Source of the DNA: Clostridiales bacterium Firm_05
Lineage (GTDB): Bacteria > Bacillota > Clostridia > Oscillospirales > Ruminococcaceae
Reading direction: 5' to 3'
Length of the DNA stretch: 64,000 nt
NCBI GenBank assembly: GCA_001604035.1
Contig: LVAK01000027.1
Coordinates: 26-64,025, forward strand
This document shows, one piece after another, positions 1 through 10,635 of this stretch; the first letter of the stretch is position 1, and the number at the start of each line of letters is the position of its first letter. The notes below the pieces were generated by a model. It made no database searches. It was not told the origin of the DNA and was given only the letters and a program-made list of their open reading frames with translations. The position numbers and the translations under genes are program-made.

Positions 1-2
1 TT

Positions 3-524
3 AAGGTATTTGATGCCGGACGGGGAGTGAAGTTCTCCACATATGCCGTACCGGTGATACTCGGAGAGATAAAGCGGCTTTTCCGTGACGGAGGCACTGT
101 ACGTGTCAGCAGGAGCCTTAAAGAAACTGCAATGAAGATACAAAGGGCAGCCGAGGAGCTGCGCCAGACCAATGGCAGCGAGCCAACTATAAATCAGCTT
201 TCCGAGCTGACCGGAATATCTGCCGGAGATGTAGCAGAGGCGCTGTGTGTGTCTCAGCCAGTCCTCTCACTTACATCCGGCGATGACGGTGAGGCAGAAA
301 CGGATATCCCTACCGAATCACCTGACGACAGCATTATTGATCTTCTTGCGCTGCGGCAGGCTATGTCCGGACTGGACACAAAGGACAGAGCACTGCTTGA
401 GCTGAGGTACTTCCGTGAGCTCACACAGTCAAAGACTGCGGCAGTACTGGGTATGACGCAGGTACAGGTGTCAAGGCGTGAAAAAAAGCTCCTGACACAG
501 CTTCGTCAGGAGCTTACGGGGTAG
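3..524 (+). CDS. Sporulation-type RNA polymerase sigma factor (SigF/SigG-like), 5' truncated by window edge
   Basis: FSTYAVPVILGEIKRLFRD region 2 and TQSKTAAVLGMTQVQVSRREKK region 4.2; frame is open to the window start. Confidence 0.85.
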   Translation, partial: KVFDAGRGVKFSTYAVPVILGEIKRLFRDGGTVRVSRSLKETAMKIQRAAEELRQTNGSEPTINQLSELTGISAGDVAEALCVSQPVLSLTSGDDGEAETDIPTESPDDSIIDLLALRQAMSGLDTKDRALLELRYFRELTQSKTAAVLGMTQVQVSRREKKLLTQLRQELTG

Positions 525-525
525 C

Positions 526-1620
526 TCAGAAGATAAGATATTCTATAACTGAATTAGACATAAGGAAGCCTTTCGGCGTAAGTGATACTTTTTCGCCGTC
601 GAACAGCACATATCCCTCCCGCATTAGCTGCGGGAGCTTTTTTTCTATATCGCAGCGGTGCTCCTGAACGTCTGTCAGCCGGAGCCCCTCTTTAAGCCGG
701 AGCCTGAGCATTGCGAACTCCTCAAAGCCGCAGGGCGAATCGTCAGTAACATATGTGACCTGCTGCGGAGAATCAATGAAGCTGCGGATATCAGCTTCAG
801 CCGCATAGCGTTTTCCGCCGTGACATGAGTGGGCGGAAGGACCTATTCCGATATAGTCCTCACACTTCCAGTACCGGCAGTTATGTCTGCTGTGAAAGCC
901 GTCCTTAGCGAAATTAGAGACCTCATACTGCATGAAGCCACGTTCCTCCATTGCATTTACCATTACGAGGTAGAGCTTTGCAGTGCAGTCCTCGTCCGGA
1001 AGAATATCACCGATGCCGTTGTGAAAGAAAGGGGTATCCTCCTCAACTTTCAGTATATAGGCGGAGATATGCTGTATGGGAAGCTCTGAGAGCCGCTGTA
1101 TGGAGCGCAGAAGCTTATTCTCAGTCTGTCCCGGCAGAGCGATCATAAGGTCGCAGGAGATATTGCGGAACCCGGCTGCGTCAGCGTCACGAACAGCCTT
1201 TGCAGCTCTTTCCGGAGTATGGTTCCTGCCGAGAAATCTCAGCTCATCATCGTTCATAGACTGAACACCAAGTGAGAGCCTGGTGATACCGGCACTGAGC
1301 ATACCGTCCAGTTTTTCGCTGTTTACAGTGGATGGATTGGCTTCGAGAGTTACCTCCGCATCCGGTAAAAGATGAAAGCTCCGGCGGACTTCATCCATGA
1401 TAAGCTTTAGCTGCTGACTGCTGAGAAGTGAGGGAGTGCCGCCGCCGAAGTACACAGTAGAAACAGAAAGCTCCTCTGCCGAGAAGCTTTTGAGATTACG
1501 TATAACAGCCTGAACATAGCCGTCCGATGTCTCACGGGAATATTTCCCGGAGTAGAAATCGCAGTATCCGCATTTCCTTGCACAGAAGGGAACGTGGATA
1601 TAGATACCGGTATCGTTCAT
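526..1620 (-). CDS. hemW: Radical SAM heme chaperone HemW (HemN-like)
   Basis: IYIHVPFCARKCGYCDF CxxxCxxC motif, YFGGGTPS, YEVSNFA, HN..YW. Confidence 0.9.
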   Translation of the reverse strand: MNDTGIYIHVPFCARKCGYCDFYSGKYSRETSDGYVQAVIRNLKSFSAEELSVSTVYFGGGTPSLLSSQQLKLIMDEVRRSFHLLPDAEVTLEANPSTVNSEKLDGMLSAGITRLSLGVQSMNDDELRFLGRNHTPERAAKAVRDADAAGFRNISCDLMIALPGQTENKLLRSIQRLSELPIQHISAYILKVEEDTPFFHNGIGDILPDEDCTAKLYLVMVNAMEERGFMQYEVSNFAKDGFHSRHNCRYWKCEDYIGIGPSAHSCHGGKRYAAEADIRSFIDSPQQVTYVTDDSPCGFEEFAMLRLRLKEGLRLTDVQEHRCDIEKKLPQLMREGYVLFDGEKVSLTPKGFLMSNSVIEYLIF

Positions 1621-1994
1621 GACATAGGCTCGATCCTGATAGATGGGTGGAGCTTGAAGCAGAATGCAAAAATTATCCTTGGTATAACGATCAGCCCGAT
1701 AACTATTCCGAACTGTATCGGTACTTCGTAATATGACAGGAACTCAAATTTCGGTGCAATGAGGAAAATCGTAAACATTGCGATAATGCCTATCGTGCTG
1801 AAAATAAAATTGAATATGGTAGCGCCCTGGCCGTTTACACAGAGCTTTCCGCAGTTCTGGCAGGGCTTTCCCTTGGAGTTCATACGTCCGGCCATAGCTT
1901 TTGTTGCCGGGCCGAACGCTTTTTTGCCGCAGTTTGGGCAGGTGTATATGCTCATCGGATCAACCGTCCTTTTCTTCGTTATCTTCGTCCTCAT
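1617..1994 (-). CDS. Hypothetical membrane protein with two CxxC motifs
   Basis: CPNCG and CQNCG followed by two hydrophobic segments; overlaps hemW start. Confidence 0.65.
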   Translation of the reverse strand: MRTKITKKRTVDPMSIYTCPNCGKKAFGPATKAMAGRMNSKGKPCQNCGKLCVNGQGATIFNFIFSTIGIIAMFTIFLIAPKFEFLSYYEVPIQFGIVIGLIVIPRIIFAFCFKLHPSIRIEPMS

Positions 1995-2400
1995 CGGACT
2001 TCATGGGCTCCATTTCCGGGAGCTCCTTCAGCAGAGGTGCATTGTCCTTCATAAGAGGAGCAGCCTTTGCCATAGGTACAAGAGCCAGTTTCTTAGCTTT
2101 TTTTCTGCGTTTTGTAAGATCGATAACGTCCTCGGTACGCAGTACGATCATTATTATGAACAGCATTATAATGGCAGCGAAAATGCCGGTGAAGTCATCG
2201 CTGAATACCAGTCCCCAGAACAGCAGCAGTATGGATACTACGCAGAAATTCATAGGGGCTATCTCACGCAGGCGTATCCGGAAGAAACGGAAAAACTTTC
2301 CTGCCGGTGAATTGCGTTTGCAGATGAGCTCTGCAAAAAAGGATATGATGCTCATAACAACAGCGAGGGCGAGAATGCCGAGTATGATGTAGTTTATCAT
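1960..2400 (-). CDS. Hypothetical membrane protein
   Basis: Three hydrophobic segments, acidic tail, RBS AGGAGG upstream, co-oriented with lepA. Confidence 0.65.
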   Translation of the reverse strand: MINYIILGILALAVVMSIISFFAELICKRNSPAGKFFRFFRIRLREIAPMNFCVVSILLLFWGLVFSDDFTGIFAAIIMLFIIMIVLRTEDVIDLTKRRKKAKKLALVPMAKAAPLMKDNAPLLKELPEMEPMKSDEDEDNEEKDG

Positions 2401-2416
2401 AAAAGCCTCCTGACTG

Positions 2417-4219
2417 TCAGCTGTCCAGTTTGAGAACGCTCATGAAGGCCTCCTGAGGCACTTCAACTGTACCGAGCTGACGCATACGCTTTTTACCTTC
2501 CTTCTGTTTTTCGAGGAGTTTCTTCTTACGTGTGATATCACCGCCATAGCACTTTGCAAGAACGTCCTTACGTACAGCCTTTACGGTCTCACGGGCGATG
2601 ATCTTGCCGCCGATAGCAGCTTGTATCGGAACTTCAAAGAGCTGTCTCGGGATGTTCTCTTTGAGTTTTTCTGCTATTTTACGTGCTCTGCTATAGGCTT
2701 TGTCGGTATGGATGATGAACGAAAGAGCGTCCACGATCTCGCCGTTGAGGAGGATATCCAGCTTCACCAGCTTTGAGGGAGAATAGCCCATCATCTCGTA
2801 GTCAAATGAAGCATAGCCCTTTGTTCTTGATTTGAGAACATCGAAGAAGTCGTAAACTATCTCATTAAGAGGAAGCTCATAGTGGAGCTCCACACGGGTA
2901 TCGTCAAGGTACTTCATATCCTTGAACACTCCACGTCTGTCCTGACAAAGCTCCATGATATTGCCCACGTAGTCTGAAGGAGAGAGGATGCTTGCCTTTA
3001 CCATCGGCTCCTCAGCGGTCCGGATCAGAGCGGGATCGGGATAGTTTGTCGGGTTATCGATATACTGCACCTCGCCGTTGGTCATGGTGACCTTGTAGAT
3101 AACGGAGGGAGCAGTGGTTATGAGATCGAGATTGTATTCTCTTTCAAGACGCTCCTGGATTATTTCCATATGGAGCAGGCCGAGGAATCCGCAGCGGAAT
3201 CCGAAGCCGAGGGCGATAGAGGTCTCAGGCTCAAAGGAGAGTGAAGCGTCATTGAGCTGGAGCTTTTCCAGAGCCTCACGGAGATCGCCATACTTAGCTC
3301 CGTCAGCAGGGTATATACCTGAGAACACCATAGGGTTGACTTTTCTGTATCCTGGGAGCGGTTCATCGCAGGGACAGTCGTCATTGGTGACGGTATCGCC
3401 CACCTGAGTGTCGCCGATGCTCTTTATGGAAGCGGCGATGTAACCAACTTCGCCGGCTGTAAGAGAGCCGTTATTGACAAGAGAGGTAGCGTCCATGAAG
3501 CCTGCCTCAACCACATTGAATACAGAGCCTGTAGCCATAAGGCGGATATTGTCGCCAACCTTTACGGTGCCCTCCTTGACTCTGATATAGATGATAACAC
3601 CTTTGTATGAGTCATAATAGCTGTCGAATATGAGAGCCTTCAGCGGCTTGTCCGGATCGCCCTTGGGGGCAGGTATATCTGTAACTATCCTTTCCAGGAC
3701 CTCCTCGATATTGGTACCCATTTTAGCGGATATCCTCGGAGCGTCCATAGCCGGGATACCGATAACGTTCTCCACCTCATTGCAGACTCTTTCCGGTTCC
3801 GCCGATGGAAGATCGATCTTGTTCACAACGGGAACTACCTCAAGATCATGCTCGATGGCAAGGTAGGTGTTTGCGAGAGTCTGAGCTTCGATGCCCTGTG
3901 AAGCGTCAACAACAAGTATCGCACCCTCGCAGGCAGCCAGAGAACGTGACACCTCATAGTTGAAGTCAACGTGGCCGGGAGTATCGATGAGGTTGAAGAT
4001 ATAGTCCTCGCCGTCCTTGGCGGTATATTTTAGTCTTACTGCACGGGCCTTTATAGTGATGCCTCTTTCACGCTCGATGTCCATATTATCGAGGAGCTGA
4101 TCCTCCATGTCACGGATAGCGACAGTCTCCGTCTTTTCGAGGATACGGTCTGCGAGAGTAGATTTACCGTGATCTATATGAGCGATTATGCAGAAATTTC
4201 TGATCTTATCGTTAGCCAA
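2417..4219 (-). CDS. lepA: Translation elongation factor 4 (LepA)
   Basis: [54 protein letters not shown]. Confidence 0.98.
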   Translation of the reverse strand: MANDKIRNFCIIAHIDHGKSTLADRILEKTETVAIRDMEDQLLDNMDIERERGITIKARAVRLKYTAKDGEDYIFNLIDTPGHVDFNYEVSRSLAACEGAILVVDASQGIEAQTLANTYLAIEHDLEVVPVVNKIDLPSAEPERVCNEVENVIGIPAMDAPRISAKMGTNIEEVLERIVTDIPAPKGDPDKPLKALIFDSYYDSYKGVIIYIRVKEGTVKVGDNIRLMATGSVFNVVEAGFMDATSLVNNGSLTAGEVGYIAASIKSIGDTQVGDTVTNDDCPCDEPLPGYRKVNPMVFSGIYPADGAKYGDLREALEKLQLNDASLSFEPETSIALGFGFRCGFLGLLHMEIIQERLEREYNLDLITTAPSVIYKVTMTNGEVQYIDNPTNYPDPALIRTAEEPMVKASILSPSDYVGNIMELCQDRRGVFKDMKYLDDTRVELHYELPLNEIVYDFFDVLKSRTKGYASFDYEMMGYSPSKLVKLDILLNGEIVDALSFIIHTDKAYSRARKIAEKLKENIPRQLFEVPIQAAIGGKIIARETVKAVRKDVLAKCYGGDITRKKKLLEKQKEGKKRMRQLGTVEVPQEAFMSVLKLDS

Positions 4220-4400
4220 AAGTTTTACCTCTTTCCTGTGAACTGAACAAAATATATCAAGATAATTATATCAGAAAATCATTTGTTTGTAAAGAGTTTT
4301 TTTGCAGATATGAGCATATACGGAATATACGCCGGGGATTATCAAAAATTTCGATTTTCTGGGAACGCTGGTCATAAAGTGCGGAAAACCGCTGAAACTC

Positions 4401-4429
4401 TTGACATATCGTATATATGACATTATAAT
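4401..4429 (+). promoter_or_regulatory. SigA-type promoter
   Basis: TTGACA-17bp-TATAAT upstream of the esterase gene. Confidence 0.8.
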
Positions 4430-4478
4430 AGTGTTATATTAAGGCGGAATGGCACTTCCGCCGGAAAAGGGGTTAGAA

Positions 4479-6200
4479 ATGTCAAAGAGAATAGTATCGG
4501 CAGCCCTCGCTGCCACCGCTGCTGCTGTAGTAGGCGTATCAGCATCCGCAGCGGATAAGAACTATACCCTGACAGATCTGAATGAACTGAATGACGGACT
4601 TCTCGGACGCAGTGACATAAGAGGTGAATATGATCTGGATGCTGACGGAAAGGTGGACGGCTTCGATATGGTACTGATGAGGCAGAGCATTTCCGGTCAG
4701 ACAAGGGAAAGAATGGAATACGTGTATGATGCCGTTGAGGAAAATGTTAATCTTATAGGCAGGAATCTGTACAGCGACGGCGTAACATGGCTTGTACAGA
4801 GCGGATCGGCAGTTGAATTCAACGTCAGTGCCTTTTCGGCAGGGGTGACGCTGAACGGTGACTCGGGCATAAGGAACGGAGCGGAGTATGCCCCCAGATA
4901 TGCAGTGCTTCTTGATGATGAGGTCATATTTGATGACGTTCTCACTGAGAAAACCAGAACGATCGAACTTTTCAGCGGCACAGAGATAAGAAATGCTAAA
5001 GTAAAGGTGATACATCTCTCAGAAGCCAACAACGGTGCGATAGGAGTATCACAGATAAGGGTGGATTCTACAAGTATGTTCCCGGTGCTCCCAACTCCGG
5101 AGAAAGATCTTCATATCGAGTTCATAGGCGATTCAATAACCTGTGCATACGGTGTTGAGGGAGCGGATCAGAACGAGAATTTCAAGACGACTACAGAGAA
5201 CTTCATGAAGTCTTATGCGTACATAGCTGCCCAGAAGCTGAACGCTGAATACAGTGCGGTATGCTACAGCGGCTACGGCATTATCTCAGGCTATACTACC
5301 GGAGCAAAGAATGAAGGCTCGCTTATGCCGGACTGCTATGAGTACATAGGACGAATGATAAATTATAAGGTGCCCTGGGATTTCTCATCGGTCAAAAACG
5401 ACGTTGTTGTCATAAATCTGGGCACCAACGATTCAAGCTATATAGATCAGGATTTCGACAGCCGCTCTCCGGAGTTCACTGTGAAGTATGAGGAATTCCT
5501 TGAGACTGTCAGGGAAAAGAATCCCGACGCTTATATCATATGCACAGTGGGAACTATGGGTGCTGAGAACGAATACCCGCTCATTGAAGAAGCTGTTGAG
5601 AATTTCAGGAAAAAGACCGGCGACCAGCGTGTAAGCTGCTACTGGTCCGTCACCCATACACAGGCCGACGGATTCGGCTCCGACTGGCACCCGAATGAGG
5701 GTACACAGCGTAGAAGCGCCTATGTTCTTGCGGATAAGATCTGTCAGGCACTGGGCATGGAATCCGATCAGATAGGACTTGACGTTGCGGCAGAATCGGT
5801 GTACAATATGAATTGTGACGAAAGCTCCGGAGCTAATGCTGCATCATATTTCTCCGACTATAACAGATCTTTCTGGATGAACACAGTAACGGGCGGCTCA
5901 GAGCCTGATGATATTGAGGCAGTGATATCTCCGATAGGGCTGAAGAAGAACGGAGAGTATGACCTGTCCTTCAAGATAAAGGCTCCGGATGGAATGAAGA
6001 TACCTGTTCTTGTAAGGAGCAAAGACGGCAGCAGAACATATTTCAGCGGAATAACTACCGGTACCGGTGAGGATTCGTTCTTCACAAGGAAATTTACCTG
6101 TGATACTGATGATGCATCTGCGGAGATAGCTGTTCAGATAGGCGGAAAGGATTACTCCAACGTTACACTTTCCGAGCTGCGAATGGAAAAGATAGGATAA
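4479..6200 (+). CDS. Secreted dockerin-bearing SGNH/GDSL esterase (CE2-like) with C-terminal CBM-like module
   Basis: Signal peptide; DLDADGKVDGFDMVLMRQ dockerin loop; FIGDSITCAYG, INLGTND and DWHP SGNH blocks; start moved to ATG 4479 after GGGG RBS. Confidence 0.8.
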   Translation: MSKRIVSAALAATAAAVVGVSASAADKNYTLTDLNELNDGLLGRSDIRGEYDLDADGKVDGFDMVLMRQSISGQTRERMEYVYDAVEENVNLIGRNLYSDGVTWLVQSGSAVEFNVSAFSAGVTLNGDSGIRNGAEYAPRYAVLLDDEVIFDDVLTEKTRTIELFSGTEIRNAKVKVIHLSEANNGAIGVSQIRVDSTSMFPVLPTPEKDLHIEFIGDSITCAYGVEGADQNENFKTTTENFMKSYAYIAAQKLNAEYSAVCYSGYGIISGYTTGAKNEGSLMPDCYEYIGRMINYKVPWDFSSVKNDVVVINLGTNDSSYIDQDFDSRSPEFTVKYEEFLETVREKNPDAYIICTVGTMGAENEYPLIEEAVENFRKKTGDQRVSCYWSVTHTQADGFGSDWHPNEGTQRRSAYVLADKICQALGMESDQIGLDVAAESVYNMNCDESSGANAASYFSDYNRSFWMNTVTGGSEPDDIEAVISPIGLKKNGEYDLSFKIKAPDGMKIPVLVRSKDGSRTYFSGITTGTGEDSFFTRKFTCDTDDASAEIAVQIGGKDYSNVTLSELRMEKIG

Positions 6201-6212
6201 TGAGGTGATAAC

Positions 6213-6965
6213 ATGAGATGTAAGACCTGCGGCAGTCAGGTGCTTGGCAATGCTGAGTTCTGCCCTAATTGCGGAGTCACTATACATCATTCGGCTGAAA
6301 GCGAGATGCCTGAGCAGGCTGTATCTGCCCAGGAAGCAGCATACAGGCAGCCGGAAAGAAGGTTTGTGCCGCCGGTACAGAAGGCACCTGAAAGAGTACA
6401 GCGTCCGGTAAGAGGAAGAGCAGGCCTGAGGGTGATGTTCTCTATGACAGTCATGCTGCTCCTGCTCGTAAGTGCTTTCGGCACCATATTCTTCAACATA
6501 GTGAGACTGCATTACGAGAACACTCCGGAAACAGTGTACACAGGGATAAGCTATTCAATGGGCTATCGTTATTTCATTGACAACGGCATGGGCGGATTCT
6601 TTGATGATATGGATAAGCTTACAGCAGTTTCGATGATAATAGTGATTCTTATGTTTATTGCAGTTCTGTTTGTTGGAGCTATGGCAGCTGCAAAGGTGAT
6701 AAAGCGACATTTTTCTGAAGCGGCAAAGTATATGGGGATCGGCTTCATGTTCCCGCTTTTCGCATATATAATAAGCTTCATAGATGCAATATACCTCAGG
6801 AGCACTTATCTTGACGACGGCTTTTCAAAGGACAAATGCCACCTGTGCGGAGCACCTCTGCTTATGATGATACTCTGTTCGGCAGCAGTATTCATAACTT
6901 TCCTTGCGGCAGACAGCATGGACAGGAAGAAAAGCAATCCCCCAGTCAGGATTAAGGCAGCCTGA
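6213..6965 (+). CDS. Zinc-ribbon-containing membrane protein
   Basis: CKTCG...FCPNCG N-terminus, four hydrophobic segments, RBS GAGGTG. Confidence 0.7.
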   Translation: MRCKTCGSQVLGNAEFCPNCGVTIHHSAESEMPEQAVSAQEAAYRQPERRFVPPVQKAPERVQRPVRGRAGLRVMFSMTVMLLLLVSAFGTIFFNIVRLHYENTPETVYTGISYSMGYRYFIDNGMGGFFDDMDKLTAVSMIIVILMFIAVLFVGAMAAAKVIKRHFSEAAKYMGIGFMFPLFAYIISFIDAIYLRSTYLDDGFSKDKCHLCGAPLLMMILCSAAVFITFLAADSMDRKKSNPPVRIKAA

Positions 6966-7057
6966 CCGGAACAATAAATTGATCCGTAATGTGAAACAGG
7001 CATGGTAAGTGTCACACTTACTGTGCCGTTTTTGTTTGCGGCAATACTTGCTTTCGC

Positions 7058-7086
7058 TTGACAAATATTTGAAAAAAAAGTATAAT
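7058..7086 (+). promoter_or_regulatory. SigA-type promoter
   Basis: TTGACA-17bp-TATAAT. Confidence 0.75.
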
Positions 7087-7141
7087 ATAAAAAATGACAC
7101 CTATTCATAGTCGGAGCCATGCTCCGGAAGGAGAGATTATT

Positions 7142-7537
7142 ATGGAGAGCAGAAGAGCATTAGGTCTGCTTATCGCTGTTATTTCAGCGATCCTTATTAT
7201 ACTGGCCGGAAGATCGTGTGCCAAGAGCATCGATGAAACAAATAAGAAATCGAGAAAGCCTTCAGCACCGATACAGATACTGACAGAGCCGAAGGCTACA
7301 GCAGCTCTGGCGACCGATCAGCCTCAGCAGCCGATACCGCCGGAGGCATTGACTGAGGATCCGACACTTCCTCTCGAGGAAGAAACAGCCGATCCGGATA
7401 TCCCGACAACTACAAAATCAAAGCTGGATGAGTTCTGGGATAGTGAGCAGCCCAGTTATTTACATCAGTATTCCAATGGTAGTATTGGAGGCGGAAAGAT
7501 CAATTCCACCACCAACGTACATATAGAAATCTATTAA
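7142..7537 (+). CDS. Hypothetical membrane-anchored protein, Pro/Thr/Glu-rich
   Basis: N-terminal hydrophobic anchor; RBS AGGAG before ATG 7142. Confidence 0.65.
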   Translation: MESRRALGLLIAVISAILIILAGRSCAKSIDETNKKSRKPSAPIQILTEPKATAALATDQPQQPIPPEALTEDPTLPLEEETADPDIPTTTKSKLDEFWDSEQPSYLHQYSNGSIGGGKINSTTNVHIEIY

Positions 7538-7550
7538 CGGAGGAAAAACA

Positions 7551-8021
7551 ATGGTTGTAATTGAAATGGAAAACGGAAAAAAGATCAAGATAGAGCTCTA
7601 TCCTGATATCGCACCTATATCTTGCGAGAACTTTGAGAAGCTCGTTAAGTCCGGCTTCTATGACGGACTCATCTTCCACAGAGTTATCCCGGGATTCATG
7701 ATCCAGGGCGGCTGCCCTCAGGGTACAGGTACAGGCGGCCCGGGCTGGCACATCAAGGGTGAATTTGCATCTAACGGCGTTAAGAACGACCTCAAGCATA
7801 CAAGAGGAGTTCTGTCAATGGCACGTTCTATGATGAAGGATTCAGCAGGTTCACAGTTCTTCATCATGCACGAGGATGCTCCTCATCTTGACGGAGAGTA
7901 TGCTGCTTTCGGTAAGGTCATCGAGGGAATGGACGTAGTTGACGAGATCGCTGCAACTGAGACGGATTTCAGAGACAAGCCTGTTAAGCCTCAGGTAATG
8001 AAGAAAGTCACCATTGAATAA
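7551..8021 (+). CDS. Cyclophilin-type peptidyl-prolyl cis-trans isomerase
   Basis: FYDGLIFHRVIPGFMIQGG, SMARS..DSAGSQFFI, HLDGEYAAFGKV. Confidence 0.95.
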   Translation: MVVIEMENGKKIKIELYPDIAPISCENFEKLVKSGFYDGLIFHRVIPGFMIQGGCPQGTGTGGPGWHIKGEFASNGVKNDLKHTRGVLSMARSMMKDSAGSQFFIMHEDAPHLDGEYAAFGKVIEGMDVVDEIAATETDFRDKPVKPQVMKKVTIE

Positions 8022-8037
8022 TAAGATCAGACTGCTT

Positions 8038-8111
8038 CTTAAGTGCGATGCATATGTAGAATGTTTCCCTCAATAACTGCCGTAAACATTTTATATGAGT
8101 AATCATGCTTA
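8038..8111. repeat. Degenerate short copy of the 25.26-kb MITE-like element
   Basis: 8065-8101 matches 25612-25648 at 34/37 nt; bounded by CTTAAG and CTTA. Confidence 0.6.
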
Positions 8112-8182
8112 CTCCATCGGAGAAATAATAAACTAAATGCTTCCATATTAACAGTTATGGAAGCATTTTTTTGTATAAAGCA

Positions 8183-9034
8183 TTATTCTATCCCGAGGAA
8201 TGTCTTGATCTCTGACAAATGGTTCTTGACTGCCTTTCTTCCCATGCGGTATGCTTCAAGGAGCTTATCCTGATCGTGCTCCACACGCTTTACCGGCAGC
8301 TTTCCCTCAGGCGCAATGACATAGGCTCTGCCTTCTGATTCGGCTTTCCTCACATAGTCCAGCTCGGCATTGTACATCTCATGTCTGTGGGCCACGGCCT
8401 TTATCAGCTCCGGATACTTCCGCATGGATATCTTCACCAGCGGCAGCGAACCAGTCTTTTCTTTGCGGTAGTCCCTGGGCTGAGTGAGTATGACGATATT
8501 CTTTTCGTATCCCACAGATTCCATGAATCTGAGCGGGATAGAATCCGTTATTCCGCCGTCAAGCAGCTTTCTTCCGTCTGCTTCAACTATCCTTGATACG
8601 AGCGGCAGCGATGCGGAAGCTCTCAGCCATTCAAGTCCGCTGGCATCCATTCTTGTACTTCTATGATATACCGGCTTTCCGGAGACTACATCTGTACAAA
8701 CGATATAAAACTCCATAGGCGATTCTTCATACGCTCTGAAGTCAAACAGGTCAAGCTTCTCCGGGACGGTGTGATAGCAGAAGTCTGCGTTGAAAAGATC
8801 GCCTGTTTTTATAAGAGAGCGCTTGCTGCAATATCTCTTGTCATTGCAGAAACGAAGGTTATATCTTACTGCTCTGCCAGGCTGTTCCGATTTAATGTTG
8901 CATCCGAATGCTGCTCCGGCAGACACTCCGACGCCCCCGTCAAAGGTTATCCCTTCTTCCATGAGGACGTCAGTTGCTCCGGCTGTGAAAAGCCCTCGCA
9001 TTGCGCCGCCTTCAAGTACAATACCATATTTCAT
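8183..9034 (-). CDS. Patatin-like phospholipase family protein
   Basis: VLEGGAMRG, GVSAG (GxSxG), DGG motif. Confidence 0.9.
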   Translation of the reverse strand: MKYGIVLEGGAMRGLFTAGATDVLMEEGITFDGGVGVSAGAAFGCNIKSEQPGRAVRYNLRFCNDKRYCSKRSLIKTGDLFNADFCYHTVPEKLDLFDFRAYEESPMEFYIVCTDVVSGKPVYHRSTRMDASGLEWLRASASLPLVSRIVEADGRKLLDGGITDSIPLRFMESVGYEKNIVILTQPRDYRKEKTGSLPLVKISMRKYPELIKAVAHRHEMYNAELDYVRKAESEGRAYVIAPEGKLPVKRVEHDQDKLLEAYRMGRKAVKNHLSEIKTFLGIE

Positions 9035-9055
9035 TGTTTTTCCTCCGAATCCTTG

Positions 9056-10273
9056 TCAGCCATTCTGAACGGCAGCTGCCGTCTGTTCATCTTCATGTTT
9101 CTCGCCCTTATAAAGCAGCTTCAGAATGATCGGTGTTGATATGGATGATACGATTATCAGGAGAATGACCGAGGCAAAATACTTCGAATCAAGCATATCT
9201 ACTGACAATCCTTTCTTGGCTACTATAAGGGCGACCTCGCCTCTTGTCATCATTCCTACGCCGACTTTCAGGCTGTCCTTCATGTTGAATCGCATTATCT
9301 TCGCTGTAAGTCCGCAGCCTATGACCTTTGTGAGCAGTGCTACAAGCACGAATCCCATCGAGAATATGAGCAGCTCTGACGTAAATCCGTCAAAGGTGGT
9401 ATTCAGTCCTATGCTTGCAAAGAATACCGGTCCGAATATCATATACGAGTTGATATCGACTTTTCGAGCAATATACTCGGAGTCCTTCAGGCTGCAAAGG
9501 ATAAGTCCTGCAACGTATGCTCCGGTGATATCAGCAATGCCGAAATACTCCTCAGCCGCAAATGCAAGGAACATACACAGTGCAAGGCCGAGTATAGGTA
9601 TCCTTCGCTGATGCGGATGCTTTTTGTCGATGAATTTGAAGATGTAGTACATCAGGAAGCCTAAGCCGAAGCTGAAAACGATAAACAGTCCGGTGTGGAC
9701 AACTACATCCATAGGCTTTGAATCGGGATTCTTAAAGCCGATCACAAAGGTGAGAACGATGATACCGATTATATCATCAATGATCGCCGCACTCATTATC
9801 AGCGTTCCTATGGTGCCCTTAAGTCTGCCAAGCTCTTTCAAGGTCTGTACGGTTATTCCGACAGAGGTGGCCGTCATTATCGTTCCGATAAATACTGCAC
9901 GATAGAACTCCTCTGTCCCGACTTTATGGAAACCATAGAAGCAGCTATACAGAAGCGTTCCTCCGAGCAGCGGTATAAATACTCCCACACAGGCTATTAT
10001 AAGCGCTTTTGGACCGGTTCTCATCAGATCTTTCAGATTTGTTTCAAGTCCTGCGCCGAACATCAGCATTACTACGCCTATCTCGGCAAGCAGCGACAGG
10101 TAATCCGAATTGCCCACGAAGTTGAAGCAGGCCGGTCCGATAAACAATCCGGCAAGTATCTCGCCTACGACCTGCGGGGCTTTTAGCTTCTGTGCGATGA
10201 GTCCGCATATCTTTGCGGACACGATTATGATAGCAAGATCTCTGAAAAATGCTATCCTGTCCATTCTTAACAC
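9056..10273 (-). CDS. Cation:proton antiporter (CPA2, NapA/KefB-like)
   Basis: PQVVGEILAG, TSVGITVQTLKELG, AAIIDD, GMMTRGEVAL; multiple TM segments. Confidence 0.9.
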   Translation of the reverse strand: MLRMDRIAFFRDLAIIIVSAKICGLIAQKLKAPQVVGEILAGLFIGPACFNFVGNSDYLSLLAEIGVVMLMFGAGLETNLKDLMRTGPKALIIACVGVFIPLLGGTLLYSCFYGFHKVGTEEFYRAVFIGTIMTATSVGITVQTLKELGRLKGTIGTLIMSAAIIDDIIGIIVLTFVIGFKNPDSKPMDVVVHTGLFIVFSFGLGFLMYYIFKFIDKKHPHQRRIPILGLALCMFLAFAAEEYFGIADITGAYVAGLILCSLKDSEYIARKVDINSYMIFGPVFFASIGLNTTFDGFTSELLIFSMGFVLVALLTKVIGCGLTAKIMRFNMKDSLKVGVGMMTRGEVALIVAKKGLSVDMLDSKYFASVILLIIVSSISTPIILKLLYKGEKHEDEQTAAAVQNG

Positions 10274-10333
10274 TTTCTTTCTTCATTTTTTACGCATAAT
10301 ATTATAGCACTATCAAGTAAAAAATGCAAGTCC

Positions 10334-10384
10334 CCAAAATGTTATGAACTTATGAGAGACCAAAATGTTATGAATTTATGAGAG
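10334..10384. repeat. 26-bp tandem direct repeat upstream of the antiporter promoter
   Basis: CCAAAATGTTATGAA(C/T)TTATGAGAG twice, one mismatch. Confidence 0.8.
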
Positions 10385-10635
10385 CTTCTCAAAAGGTAGT
10401 TCCTTTCCGGATCGTATTTACTGTGCAGCTAAGGCAGAAAGGTCATGCTGCAAAAAAAACCATGATTATTTTTGAAAACCTTTTTCACATATCTGTCACA
10501 TTGTTTTCAGCTTCTGCTGATGCAAAGTATTGACAGATGTGGTATAATAAATAATATGTGTTCTTTTAATGCATATATTTGTTTATCATAAGCCGGAACT
10601 GACATCCGAAAGGTCGTTTTCAGTGACAAAGGGGA

